From positions 543 through 64,542 of the IMG/VR virus record IMGVR_UViG_3300042503_000724: DNA of 64,000 bases. One strand, given 5' to 3'. The notes under the pieces are model-generated. The model did no database searches and was not told the origin of the DNA. It saw only the letters and a list, made by a program, of their open reading frames with translations. Each line of letters begins with the position of its first letter. The stretch's first letter is position 1. This document shows, piece after piece, positions 43,289 to 53,195 of this stretch. A program made the position numbers and the translations under genes. Source of the DNA: a virus. Lineage: Duplodnaviria; Caudoviricetes.

Positions 43289-45343
43289 CTATTTATTTCC
43301 AGTTATACTCATTGCTATGGCACTTGTTATTGTGTAGGCTTCCTGAAGAGACCATTCAACAATCAATCTTCCATCATCAAAGTTTGCAACTGATCCTGTT
43401 CCAGTAAAAATTACAGAGTTTACATTTGATAATTTTAAGTAATCATAATAGGCTTTAGAAACAAAGCTTTTTGTTCCAACCCCAGCAACTGTTGTAGTAT
43501 TAAAGAAATAAATTAAACTTGGGTCTGTAGTTCCAATGTGGATAGTTATACCTTTTGAAGTAGAAGTATCTTTGTAGAACCTAAAGGTTGCAGCATCAAG
43601 TCTTGCTGCTGCTGGAAGATCTGTTGAGCTTGTAATTGGAGTATAGAATACACCAAAGTATTGTTTAGTTGTTGTTTCTACTACAGTGTAGTCTACTCTT
43701 TCTGTTACATATCTTCCAGGTGTTCCAGGAACATATTCTCTTCTTGCAGGAACCCATCTTCTAGGTCTTGTATTGGTCCAGTATCCAGGAACAGTTATCC
43801 AATATCCTGGTCTTCCTGGCTGCCAAACTCTCATAAGTCTACTCTTAACTACGTTTGCGGAAGAAACAGTTACTCCTACGCCAGCCTTAGTGGTTGAGTA
43901 AGTACTCCATGTATCATTAGAAAAAGATCTTCCATCATAAGGATCGAAGTATGAAACAGTAGTTCTAAGCCTTGTAGATTCTGTAGAGGTGTAATTTTTA
44001 TCTGTTTGTGCCACCCATCTTTTTCCAGTTTCTGCTGCCCTGCCTGTTGAAACTGAAATTTCATTTGAGTAGGCACTTGATGCCTCATAAATTGTTCCAG
44101 CAGCACCCCTTGCCCTAATCCTAATTTTATAATCTGTTTCATCTGCAAGATTTACTATATATTCAATTCTGTTTGCATCTGCTATAGTTGTTGTTGCTAT
44201 TGCTATATCATCACTAAACGTTCCGTATGCTCCACCTTCGATTTGAATAAAGTATCTATCTGCATTTACAACGTCTGTCCACTGTAACTTAACACTGTTG
44301 TGGTCAGTAGATACGCCCTTTAAGGATATGTTTCCAAGAGTTGGTGGAGTAGATACAAAATTTATAGAGTTTGATGCACTAGATTGCTGTGCCGTTGCTG
44401 GATCATTGTCTGGTGCTATGGTTAAAATATTATTTTTTGCCACAACATAATAGGCATAGTCTAGTCCTGATGAATCTGGAAGTGGCGTGTAGGTTTCTTC
44501 CATTCCACCACTTGGAGTAACATTGGCATGTAGAACAAAAGATCCCGTTCTATTCCTATAAATATCGTATGAAGTTGCTCTTCTATCTTTTGTCCATGCA
44601 ATTGTTATTGTTCCTGCTGTTTCATTTTTAAACTTAACAGTTACTACTGGTGCATCTGGAACTTTAATTGGAGTTGCTCTAGTTAATTGAGAAGAAGATA
44701 TTCCTGGATTGTTTGATGCGTCAAGAGAGTTTACAAAAAACTTATAGTTTGCTTCTCTATTAGTTGATATAGTTTTTGTATTCTTTTTATAAATAGTAAA
44801 AGATAGTCCAGAAGCAGTGGTAAAAGTCCAATCAGTATACAAGGTTAACTTTGTATTGCTTTCAATAGACTTTACTTTTCCAATATATGTGGGTGTTCCG
44901 CCAATAGTTGCAAACAATATTTCATCCACAACTATTTGTGAAGTAAAACTTGTTCCTGTTCCTGTTACAATTGAAGACAATATATTTAATGCTATTGTTC
45001 CAGTTCCAGTTAAAGTAACTTTGTTTTGAGACGATAAGAACTGAAAATCATTTGTTTGTTGAGTTACTACTGGATCTAAATATGTTCCTTGCGGGGTTTC
45101 AGATACAAATACTGAATATGTTTCTGCTGTAGCATTTGGATCCCATTCAAGTACTACCTCATCTGCAGTTTTGCTTTTAATTTTAAAGTTTTGAATTGTA
45201 TTTAATGCTGGAGAAAATACTTCTTTCCATTGTCCATTTACTTTTGCATAGGCAGACTTTACTTGCTTCCACTCACCATTTATTTTTGTGTATCCTGTTG
45301 AAATGGGAGTCCATTTATCTTTTACTCCAATGTATCCAGCCAT
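43289..45343 (-). CDS. Fibre tip protein of module 1: FN3-like domains plus Arg/Trp/Pro hairpin insert
   Basis: N-terminal K.NG.WK repeats; FN3 patterns (LEWD..ATAETY; Y.I.IRA); WQPGRPGYWITVPGYWTNTRPRRWVPARREYVPGTPGRY. Confidence 0.75.
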   Translation of the reverse strand: MAGYIGVKDKWTPISTGYTKINGEWKQVKSAYAKVNGQWKEVFSPALNTIQNFKIKSKTADEVVLEWDPNATAETYSVFVSETPQGTYLDPVVTQQTNDFQFLSSQNKVTLTGTGTIALNILSSIVTGTGTSFTSQIVVDEILFATIGGTPTYIGKVKSIESNTKLTLYTDWTFTTASGLSFTIYKKNTKTISTNREANYKFFVNSLDASNNPGISSSQLTRATPIKVPDAPVVTVKFKNETAGTITIAWTKDRRATSYDIYRNRTGSFVLHANVTPSGGMEETYTPLPDSSGLDYAYYVVAKNNILTIAPDNDPATAQQSSASNSINFVSTPPTLGNISLKGVSTDHNSVKLQWTDVVNADRYFIQIEGGAYGTFSDDIAIATTTIADANRIEYIVNLADETDYKIRIRARGAAGTIYEASSAYSNEISVSTGRAAETGKRWVAQTDKNYTSTESTRLRTTVSYFDPYDGRSFSNDTWSTYSTTKAGVGVTVSSANVVKSRLMRVWQPGRPGYWITVPGYWTNTRPRRWVPARREYVPGTPGRYVTERVDYTVVETTTKQYFGVFYTPITSSTDLPAAARLDAATFRFYKDTSTSKGITIHIGTTDPSLIYFFNTTTVAGVGTKSFVSKAYYDYLKLSNVNSVIFTGTGSVANFDDGRLIVEWSLQEAYTITSAIAMSITGNK

Positions 45344-45717
45344 TATTGATACACGAACCAAATATCACCATCTAGTCCATCTGTACTAAGTGGTGCTCTC
45401 TGAGAAATTGTTGTTCTTCTAAATGCAGAAACAAGAGTATTTATTGAATTAGCTTTATCAACAGCACTAACTATAGTTGAGCTGGCTGAGGATATATCTA
45501 ACCATGTAGGCTGTTTCCATTCAACAGTAAGTCCGTTATTTGTTAGATAGTATCCTGAATTATTTGAACTAATAGATAAACTATTTGTAAGACCTGATGC
45601 ATCATTTATAACAACGCCAGGACTTTCAAAGCTTAGAATTTTAAAAGGCTCTTGGCTTGTAATACTTGAAGTTCTAAGAGGAGTTTTAAATGAATGAATA
45701 ATTTTGTCTGCAGACAT
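45343..45717 (-). CDS. Short fibre connector protein (counterpart of 12429..13106)
   Basis: DKIIHSFKTPL, NNSGYYLTNNGLTVEW, C-terminal AP...GLDGDIWF. Confidence 0.7.
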   Translation of the reverse strand: MSADKIIHSFKTPLRTSSITSQEPFKILSFESPGVVINDASGLTNSLSISSNNSGYYLTNNGLTVEWKQPTWLDISSASSTIVSAVDKANSINTLVSAFRRTTISQRAPLSTDGLDGDIWFVYQ

Positions 45718-45726
45718 TTTTGCTCC

Positions 45727-48700
45727 TTATGCTTGGGATTCAGTCCACGAAAGCTTTGCGTTAATAAACTTGGAACCAGATGTTTCTAGGTTTGTTGCAA
45801 CAATTGTTAAAACATCTGGACCATTAGGGAATCCTGGAGTTGAAATACTTCCATTTCCACTAAGAATAGATGTTCCAAGCTCTCGTGTTGAACCAAGGTT
45901 ATATGTAGAAATTCCATATCCACTTCCTGAATTTTCTGTGTAGAAAGAGAATATGTTGTCTCCTCCAGTAATAGTTGCTGCCGTTCCATGATACAAAACT
46001 TGAGCTAAAGATCCAGAGCCTACAGAAGTATATTCCCAGCTATCTGGATATGTTAGTGTTGATGATCCATTTGCTGAACTCCATCCAGAATCACTAATTG
46101 TAGATGGATTTAAAAACCCTTCTATAAGGAATCTACCATTTGCAGATGTTTGAATTTCTCTTAAAATTAATTGCATTGTATTAATAACGTCTCTCTTGCC
46201 AAAGTTTCTAGCAATTCCATTATCAACAGATGGTGCTATTCTAATACTTAGTAGGGCATTTGATGCACCTGCAGCAACTGAAAGTCCTGCACCTCTCATT
46301 CTAGCATTAAGCTGGAAAGCTTTATCTTCGTCAAATGTTCCGTCCATGATTACGGAAGATCCCCAGTGGCTTAGAGAAGGGGCACAGGTTTGTGTAATTA
46401 CTTGAACTGAAACCTGACCATCTGTTCCAGTTCCATTTTGAATAGATGAGTCTGGGCTAAACGATACTGTGTTGGCAGTTCCCTGCAAAGCAATTGTTGA
46501 AGATATGCTGTATCCAACAGTTGCAATTGTATTCGTAGAGGTATATCCGTAAGGAACATTTGTTCCGTTTGAATCTTTATTTGGAGAGTCTGGAACTTCC
46601 CATGTCTTTCCATTAAACACACTTGAAATTGTTAAGCTTTGTCCATCTGCAGCAGGATTTGCAGCACCACCAAGCTCTAGAGATGTTGCAACTCTTCCAA
46701 GTTTTGTTCCATCTGCAGCAAAGATAACATTTCCTTGCTGAATACCAGCAGTATTAAAGTTTGTACTTGCTCCTGCAAACAGCTTCATCCTATCTGTATA
46801 GGCTCCAGAACTATATGTTCCGTTTCTAAACGATCCTACCCCAACACTTCCTTGGCTAGTAATAAACTGAGTTACTCTTCTTTGAATTGTAATTGGATAT
46901 CCGCCAACCTTAGCATTATACGATCCAACTGCTGTATAAGAAACAATTTCAGTATTTGTCTTATCACTAATCAAAAGGTAGCCAATAATATCTGTTGAGT
47001 TTCCAGATGGTGCAGTAGTTCTCCAACCTTCAATATCTTTTACATACATTACGGTCTGACTAGAATTTAAAGGTGTTCCAGGAACATCTGCTGCTGTTGG
47101 GTTACTTGTTTGTGCCAATGGAGTTCCTGGAGAAGAGACTAAAACAGTTGTTGGACCAAAGTTAGAAACTTCGTATCTAGCAGGAAGGTTTCCAGAACGC
47201 ATATAGGACTGACTATTTAAATTGTTATTTGGAATTCTATGACAATAAACAATATCTCCGTTTGTTGCTCTTAATCCATAGCGAATAAATCCAGAGCCAT
47301 ACCAAGAATAATCAATATAAAGCATCTGCATTTTTGTTGGGTCAATAATATATCCAGAAGGTCCTGTTCCATCTAGTCTGTCAATGTTAAATTCATTTTG
47401 TGGAATTCTAACTTCTTGGACTTTGTATACCTTTACATTTCCTCCAACAGTTTGTCCTCTATAGGCTGGAGAAATATGCATGGTTGTGTCGCTATCAATA
47501 TTTACAACTCTATAGGTCATGCCTTTAATTACAATGTTTTGGTTTTTCTCTATTTGCTTTAGAAATAGCGTTGAAGTTCCAGTCACAATAGAGCTGTCTT
47601 TAGTTACAGATACTGTTCCAAAAATTGGTTTATTAGAAAATCTTCTACAAGCAAACAGCTTTTGACCATCATATTCAAAGTACATTCCGTTTTGATCATT
47701 GAATAAACCAAGTCTTGTTGAAGATCCTGCCCAATTTGTTACAGTAACAAGAGCATTGTCTCCACTTGGATTTCTGTTTGTAGTGCTAATTGCTGTTGGA
47801 ATTGTAGTTTCAAAGCTAAAAGTATTTTCATCAACAATGCCAGTTACTAAAAAGCTTCCATTGTATGGGTTTGCATCAGTTCCAACAACTTGCACACCAC
47901 TAATTGTTACTCTAGCATTTTCCTGAAGACCGTGATCCTGTACGGTTTTAACGACAATTGTAGCATCTCCAACAGTTGTGTTTGAATAAATTTCAGTAAT
48001 GTCATAGCTTGGAGTTAACTTAGTACCTGTAGAAAATTGAATTGCCTTTCCTGACTGATATCTAAATGTTCTTCTTGACTGTCTTACCTGCTGAACATTT
48101 ACAACGTTGTTTCCAGTTGCTAAAAGTACTCCACCATTATATGCCGTGTGTTGAACATAGGCATCTGGCTTACAGTAAAGCTTTGATCCAGAGACTGTTG
48201 CTGCTGGAGAAATATTTGTTACGGTATCTCCAGTTACGGTAAAGTTAAAGATTTTTGGAGTTGGTGTGGCAGATACTACCCAAGATCCGTTTAAGAATGT
48301 GTTAGTAGTTGCACCATTAATAAGAATTGGAGTTCCTGGAATTAATCCATGTGGATTTGGAGTTGTTACGGTTGCAACGGATCCTGCAACTTCAACCGTA
48401 AAGGAAGAAGACCCTGGAACATTTGCTCCATCAAATAAGTCTCCACCATAAATGCTAGTAAGGTTGCTGTCTTTAATTGAATCATTTCCAACACGACCAT
48501 TTGCAAGATATGTAAACATTTTATTTACATCAACTGTTGGAGTTCCATTAGTAAATGTTGTAATTGCTGATCCTGCAATTGAAGTTGCTACCATAAATGA
48601 ATTAGCTAAAACTGTCTTAACATAGTAAACAGTACTTGTTGATACGCCAGAAGTGCTTGCAGCACTAAATCTAATTGGTTGGTTTGCTGAAAGTCCGTGA

Positions 48701-49365
48701 GCATTTGCGGTAAACACACCAGCAGAAACACCTGTAATTGACGGTGCAGCTGGCTTTGTTACAATAAACGTTCCTTCGGCTGCATCATTTGTTGTTTCTT
48801 GAATACTAACAACGCTGTTTGAAACAAGACCATGATCTGATTCAGTCAATACATATACTCTTGACTTTCTTGCAGTTGTAGTTCCGTCTCCAACAATATC
48901 TGCTACAGCTAAAGAGTTTCCGCCAGTACCCTTTGAAAAGAAAGATGGGTAATTGGCTACCAAGGAAACAGTTTCCCATTTAGAAGGTTGGGTTCCGTAT
49001 TCAAAATCTGTGTCAATTAAAGACTGTGGGTTTGCAACACGCATCTTACCAACAGCATCAACTAGCAAGTCTGACGGTGTAATTTTTTCATCGTACTCTT
49101 CATAAACAATTTGAAGCTTGTCTTTAGAGTCCATTTCATTACAGTTGTAATTTAATACAATTGTTGTTGTTGAAGAAGATGCTGATCCTGCAACGGTGTA
49201 AGATGTGGCATTTAAGTCTGGGTCTGAAAAATTATAAATTACCTGATTTGTTGTTACGTTTGTAATCAACATTAGGCTTTCTCTTTGAATTACTCTTGGG
49301 AGAATAATTTTATCCTCAGAAGGTATGAAAGTATAATACGTTTCCTGCATTACCTTTTTAGCCAT
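45727..49365 (-). CDS. Large virion structural/fibre hub protein (paralog of 13119..16055)
   Basis: Same motif series as its paralog, ending WTESQA. Confidence 0.8.
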   Translation of the reverse strand: MAKKVMQETYYTFIPSEDKIILPRVIQRESLMLITNVTTNQVIYNFSDPDLNATSYTVAGSASSSTTTIVLNYNCNEMDSKDKLQIVYEEYDEKITPSDLLVDAVGKMRVANPQSLIDTDFEYGTQPSKWETVSLVANYPSFFSKGTGGNSLAVADIVGDGTTTARKSRVYVLTESDHGLVSNSVVSIQETTNDAAEGTFIVTKPAAPSITGVSAGVFTANAHGLSANQPIRFSAASTSGVSTSTVYYVKTVLANSFMVATSIAGSAITTFTNGTPTVDVNKMFTYLANGRVGNDSIKDSNLTSIYGGDLFDGANVPGSSSFTVEVAGSVATVTTPNPHGLIPGTPILINGATTNTFLNGSWVVSATPTPKIFNFTVTGDTVTNISPAATVSGSKLYCKPDAYVQHTAYNGGVLLATGNNVVNVQQVRQSRRTFRYQSGKAIQFSTGTKLTPSYDITEIYSNTTVGDATIVVKTVQDHGLQENARVTISGVQVVGTDANPYNGSFLVTGIVDENTFSFETTIPTAISTTNRNPSGDNALVTVTNWAGSSTRLGLFNDQNGMYFEYDGQKLFACRRFSNKPIFGTVSVTKDSSIVTGTSTLFLKQIEKNQNIVIKGMTYRVVNIDSDTTMHISPAYRGQTVGGNVKVYKVQEVRIPQNEFNIDRLDGTGPSGYIIDPTKMQMLYIDYSWYGSGFIRYGLRATNGDIVYCHRIPNNNLNSQSYMRSGNLPARYEVSNFGPTTVLVSSPGTPLAQTSNPTAADVPGTPLNSSQTVMYVKDIEGWRTTAPSGNSTDIIGYLLISDKTNTEIVSYTAVGSYNAKVGGYPITIQRRVTQFITSQGSVGVGSFRNGTYSSGAYTDRMKLFAGASTNFNTAGIQQGNVIFAADGTKLGRVATSLELGGAANPAADGQSLTISSVFNGKTWEVPDSPNKDSNGTNVPYGYTSTNTIATVGYSISSTIALQGTANTVSFSPDSSIQNGTGTDGQVSVQVITQTCAPSLSHWGSSVIMDGTFDEDKAFQLNARMRGAGLSVAAGASNALLSIRIAPSVDNGIARNFGKRDVINTMQLILREIQTSANGRFLIEGFLNPSTISDSGWSSANGSSTLTYPDSWEYTSVGSGSLAQVLYHGTAATITGGDNIFSFYTENSGSGYGISTYNLGSTRELGTSILSGNGSISTPGFPNGPDVLTIVATNLETSGSKFINAKLSWTESQA

Positions 49366-49376
49366 TTATTTCCACC

Positions 49377-52300
49377 TTATCCTAATGCTACATCCGCTGC
49401 TTTGAACGGATATATCCTTGCTGTTTTATTTTTTACTGGTCCTGGAAAAACTCTTACATTAATAGTTGATCCAAGTGGAGGGGATTCAGAAAACTTTATT
49501 CTTCCTTCTGTGTCCAGTGTAAATCCTCTGTAGGATAAAAGACCAGACTGCCAGACATATTCTTTGTTTTGAATAAATCCTGACTGAATTACTCCATTTA
49601 ATGAAACTACTAGGTTTAATGGGTTTTTAACAGTTACGTCTTTGTAGTTATACTTGGGCGTAAATGTGTTTCTTCTACCATTAAAAGAACTAGAAAAATC
49701 ATCTAGCTCAATTATATCAGAATAAAATCCAATTACCTCTCCTGTAACTTCTAAATCTTTAACTTTTAGCTTATTTCCGTATGGATCAATAGTAATTGGA
49801 GCTACGTCTGGCTTTGAGGCTCCAATCCAAAGGGAATAGTTTTTGTCAAAGCTTATAATTTTTCCACTAGGGAAAGAATATGCAACTACTCCAGGATCTA
49901 TAGATGTTGGTAGCTTGTCTGGGAACACTGCCTGATAAGTAAATTGATTAGATGCTGGAACATCTATAATTTCAAATTCTCCAACAAAATCGTCTGATAG
50001 GTACGAGGTTTCTCTGAACCCTGTAACAGTTACTGTTTTTCCAACCACAAAGTTATGATTTGTACTGGTAGTAATTGTTACTTTATTATCTGTTGCAGAC
50101 AAACTTGATACAACGTAAGAGGTGTAGGTTCTAGAAAAAGCTGCTGCTGTTGGACTTGGTTCTGGAGTCTTAGGAGCATAGTTTAAATATCCATCTCCAT
50201 ACAACACAATTCCTGTTGCATCTTCTTTATCTTCTACAATATTTCTATCATTATCAACAAATCCAATAATTGGAAAGTACCCATCGTTCAATGGTTCAAA
50301 AAGTTTGTTATATTCTGTGCTTGTTGAATCTACTGGAATATTTGATAGGTAGAGGTTTTCTCCAGTTACCATGTTTAGCAAAGAAAGTTTGGTTGAGTTT
50401 GTAGGATAAATATAAACGTTATAAAAATATTCTCCAGGATTTGCTGTATCTTCAGAATAAGTTGTTTCAATTTTAGATATTTCAATAGCCGTACTATTTT
50501 CTTCTCCAACAAAAGTTGTAAGGTATGAAGAATTTTTAACATATGTTTTTGGCAAGTAGGTTGGAGTAACATATGTAACAGACCCACCATTAATAAATCC
50601 ACCAATTTCATCAACGGTTCCGTCACCATTAGAGTCTGAGTTTTCTCCAAGTATTGGACCTGGAACAGAATCTGTAAGTAGTTCATAGGTGTTTTCTGTT
50701 GTTCTTGGTAAAACTCTAGCTCCAAATGTAGCAAAGCCAGAAGTTTCTGAATCCTCAATAGAAAATATTGGTAGGCTTAATACAAGGGAAGCACCTGAAG
50801 CAGAGTATGTAACTGCTGGAGCAAAAGTGTTATCTGAATAATCTGTTAACACATTTTGTTTTTGTGCAGTAATGGTTACGCTTGTAGTTGTTACTGTTTT
50901 AACATAGTAGGTTGTATTTGACAATATTCCAGTCAAAAAGGATCCAGAGTCTGCAAGGAATATTTCGTCAAATCTAATTTCGTCCCCAACTTGATATTTT
51001 GTATCTGCTAAATCTATTGGGATTGCTGTAAGATTTGTTCCAGCTAAACTAATTTTTTCTGGATTTTCAATGTCTGTGTAGAACTGAGTCCTAATTATTG
51101 TTTCAAATTTATAAGCATAAAAATTTTGATCTTTAATAAAAATAGTAATATTTGGATTTTCATATAAGGATAATTCTGTATCACTTATAACACTATCAAC
51201 GTTTCCAACAAAATATCTTCTTGTGCCTTCAACAACATATATTGAATATCCTCGTCTAAGTTCTTGGGTAAACTTGGTTCCACTACCAGTTACAATCTTG
51301 GTTCTTTGATTTGCTGTAATTTTACCAGTTACTGTTGGAAGACTACTTACTAGTTTTCCAACTCTAATTGGTGCACTTTGAGTAATATTTTCAATTGGGT
51401 TTGAATGAAATCCAGATTGCAGATAAGCCGTAGCATTTGATGTTCCAGAAAAAAGACCTCCAGAGCCAGCAACCCAACCAAAATCATTTCCACCAATTTG
51501 TGCAGAGTTTGCAAATACATCAGAACCACGGATTCTAGATCCGATAATTTCTGTAGAAGATATTGTTGCATTAGACATTAAAGGTGCTGTAAGAGTTAGC
51601 TTATTGTCATACCATCTTAGATAGTGTGTTGCGTCTCCAATTTTAAATCCATTTGTTGTGGAGTACCAATAATTATTTGCATCTAGTCTTATACCAACAC
51701 CACCAAGACCATATCCGTTTGCTGTGCTAGGAGAAGATAACGGGTCATGGTATCCGACACCCATTGCATTTGTAACTAGAGGAACTGGAGTAAGTGCACT
51801 AGACTCAATGTATCCTCTTAGGATACCGTTAATTTTAAGAACTGAACCTGTAGGGTTCCAGCTAAGACCAGAACCAAGAGAAAACTTTCCAGTTCCTTCT
51901 GCATAAAATGGAGCAGACTCAAACCCACCAGTTCCAATTTGAATGTTTGTTAGTGCATCTGTAGTTCCACCAGTTAGCTTAATCTTATTTGTTCCAGTAC
52001 CAATATTTACTGTATTTGTAAATGTTCCACCAGTAGCATTAATAATTGCATTTACATTTAAATCAGTTCCGTCCCAGTAAATATATTTATCTGCAGATCC
52101 AACTCTAAACTTTCCTTCATCGTTTTTATTCCAGTATTGAAACTCATCAACAATTATAGACTCTGCTTCTAGGGATCCACTAATGCTTACGTCTCCGTTT
52201 TTAAATACTTTGAATACGTTTCCAAATTGAACAACAGCATCTTCTGGATTTACAACATAGTCTGGGTTCTTTAAGAAGTATTTATCTCCCCATGGATTGC

Positions 52301-53195
52301 TACTACTATCAGTTCCTCCAGCTTTAATAACGCCCTCTGCAATTATCCAACCGTCTTCTCCACCAAGATATCCAGTGTCTGCTTTAATATCTCCAGTTAC
52401 AGAAAATAAATCTACGTCTGGATTCCAAGAAATTCCTTTAAATACTTCGTCAACTATGCCTCCAGCTTTAAATGTTCCATCTGCATACCAGTAATTGTTT
52501 GCATCAACCCTAATTCCATCATCGCCATCTACTGAGACATTTGCACCAAGCCTCATGTCTCCACCATTAATGGTTACATATCCTTCAAAATTTCCTGCTG
52601 TTGCATCAATTATTCCACGAACATGCAAGTTGTTAAAGATTGCATTTCCTTCGCCACTAATAATCCACCCTTTAGATCCAACTGCTCTTTGTGACCAATT
52701 TTCTTTTGCTGCATACACCTTATTGCTTGGAAAACCATTAGAGTCTAAGGTTGTATTTACAGTATATGTTTTTGATTCTCCAGTTGGTAAAATATAGTCT
52801 ATAAAAACTTTAGTTGGCTGACCTTCTAGTGGATGACCAGGACTATAAACAAAAGATTTACTTAAATCTATTTCTCCAGATTCATCATTAACGGCTAGAG
52901 ACCCTCCGTAATAATTTCCATCATCTATTCTTATTTGTGTTACAAGTCTTAAATCCTCAGAACCATATTCATCTGTAACTAAAAAATATTGACCAATCTC
53001 TAAATTAAACTTTCCATTAACAGAGTCATATAGATAAATTTCTTCAGCATACTTTGGAATATTTCCGTTAAAATTTCTAGACGCAATATTGTCATTTAGC
53101 ATCCTTAAAGTATCTGCATTTGGATCATAGAATCCATACATTGCAGATACTGGACCAGTTGGTGGAAATACCGTAGTTGTACTATTTCTAGGCAT
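49377..53195 (-). CDS. Tail fibre/central fibre protein (anchor of module 1) with C-terminal adaptor domain
   Basis: GWIISGEGNAIFNNLHVRG, D.NNYW repeats; C-terminal DIIELDDF...YPFKAADVALG; start moved to MPRNST. Confidence 0.78.
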   Translation of the reverse strand: MPRNSTTTVFPPTGPVSAMYGFYDPNADTLRMLNDNIASRNFNGNIPKYAEEIYLYDSVNGKFNLEIGQYFLVTDEYGSEDLRLVTQIRIDDGNYYGGSLAVNDESGEIDLSKSFVYSPGHPLEGQPTKVFIDYILPTGESKTYTVNTTLDSNGFPSNKVYAAKENWSQRAVGSKGWIISGEGNAIFNNLHVRGIIDATAGNFEGYVTINGGDMRLGANVSVDGDDGIRVDANNYWYADGTFKAGGIVDEVFKGISWNPDVDLFSVTGDIKADTGYLGGEDGWIIAEGVIKAGGTDSSSNPWGDKYFLKNPDYVVNPEDAVVQFGNVFKVFKNGDVSISGSLEAESIIVDEFQYWNKNDEGKFRVGSADKYIYWDGTDLNVNAIINATGGTFTNTVNIGTGTNKIKLTGGTTDALTNIQIGTGGFESAPFYAEGTGKFSLGSGLSWNPTGSVLKINGILRGYIESSALTPVPLVTNAMGVGYHDPLSSPSTANGYGLGGVGIRLDANNYWYSTTNGFKIGDATHYLRWYDNKLTLTAPLMSNATISSTEIIGSRIRGSDVFANSAQIGGNDFGWVAGSGGLFSGTSNATAYLQSGFHSNPIENITQSAPIRVGKLVSSLPTVTGKITANQRTKIVTGSGTKFTQELRRGYSIYVVEGTRRYFVGNVDSVISDTELSLYENPNITIFIKDQNFYAYKFETIIRTQFYTDIENPEKISLAGTNLTAIPIDLADTKYQVGDEIRFDEIFLADSGSFLTGILSNTTYYVKTVTTTSVTITAQKQNVLTDYSDNTFAPAVTYSASGASLVLSLPIFSIEDSETSGFATFGARVLPRTTENTYELLTDSVPGPILGENSDSNGDGTVDEIGGFINGGSVTYVTPTYLPKTYVKNSSYLTTFVGEENSTAIEISKIETTYSEDTANPGEYFYNVYIYPTNSTKLSLLNMVTGENLYLSNIPVDSTSTEYNKLFEPLNDGYFPIIGFVDNDRNIVEDKEDATGIVLYGDGYLNYAPKTPEPSPTAAAFSRTYTSYVVSSLSATDNKVTITTSTNHNFVVGKTVTVTGFRETSYLSDDFVGEFEIIDVPASNQFTYQAVFPDKLPTSIDPGVVAYSFPSGKIISFDKNYSLWIGASKPDVAPITIDPYGNKLKVKDLEVTGEVIGFYSDIIELDDFSSSFNGRRNTFTPKYNYKDVTVKNPLNLVVSLNGVIQSGFIQNKEYVWQSGLLSYRGFTLDTEGRIKFSESPPLGSTINVRVFPGPVKNKTARIYPFKAADVALG

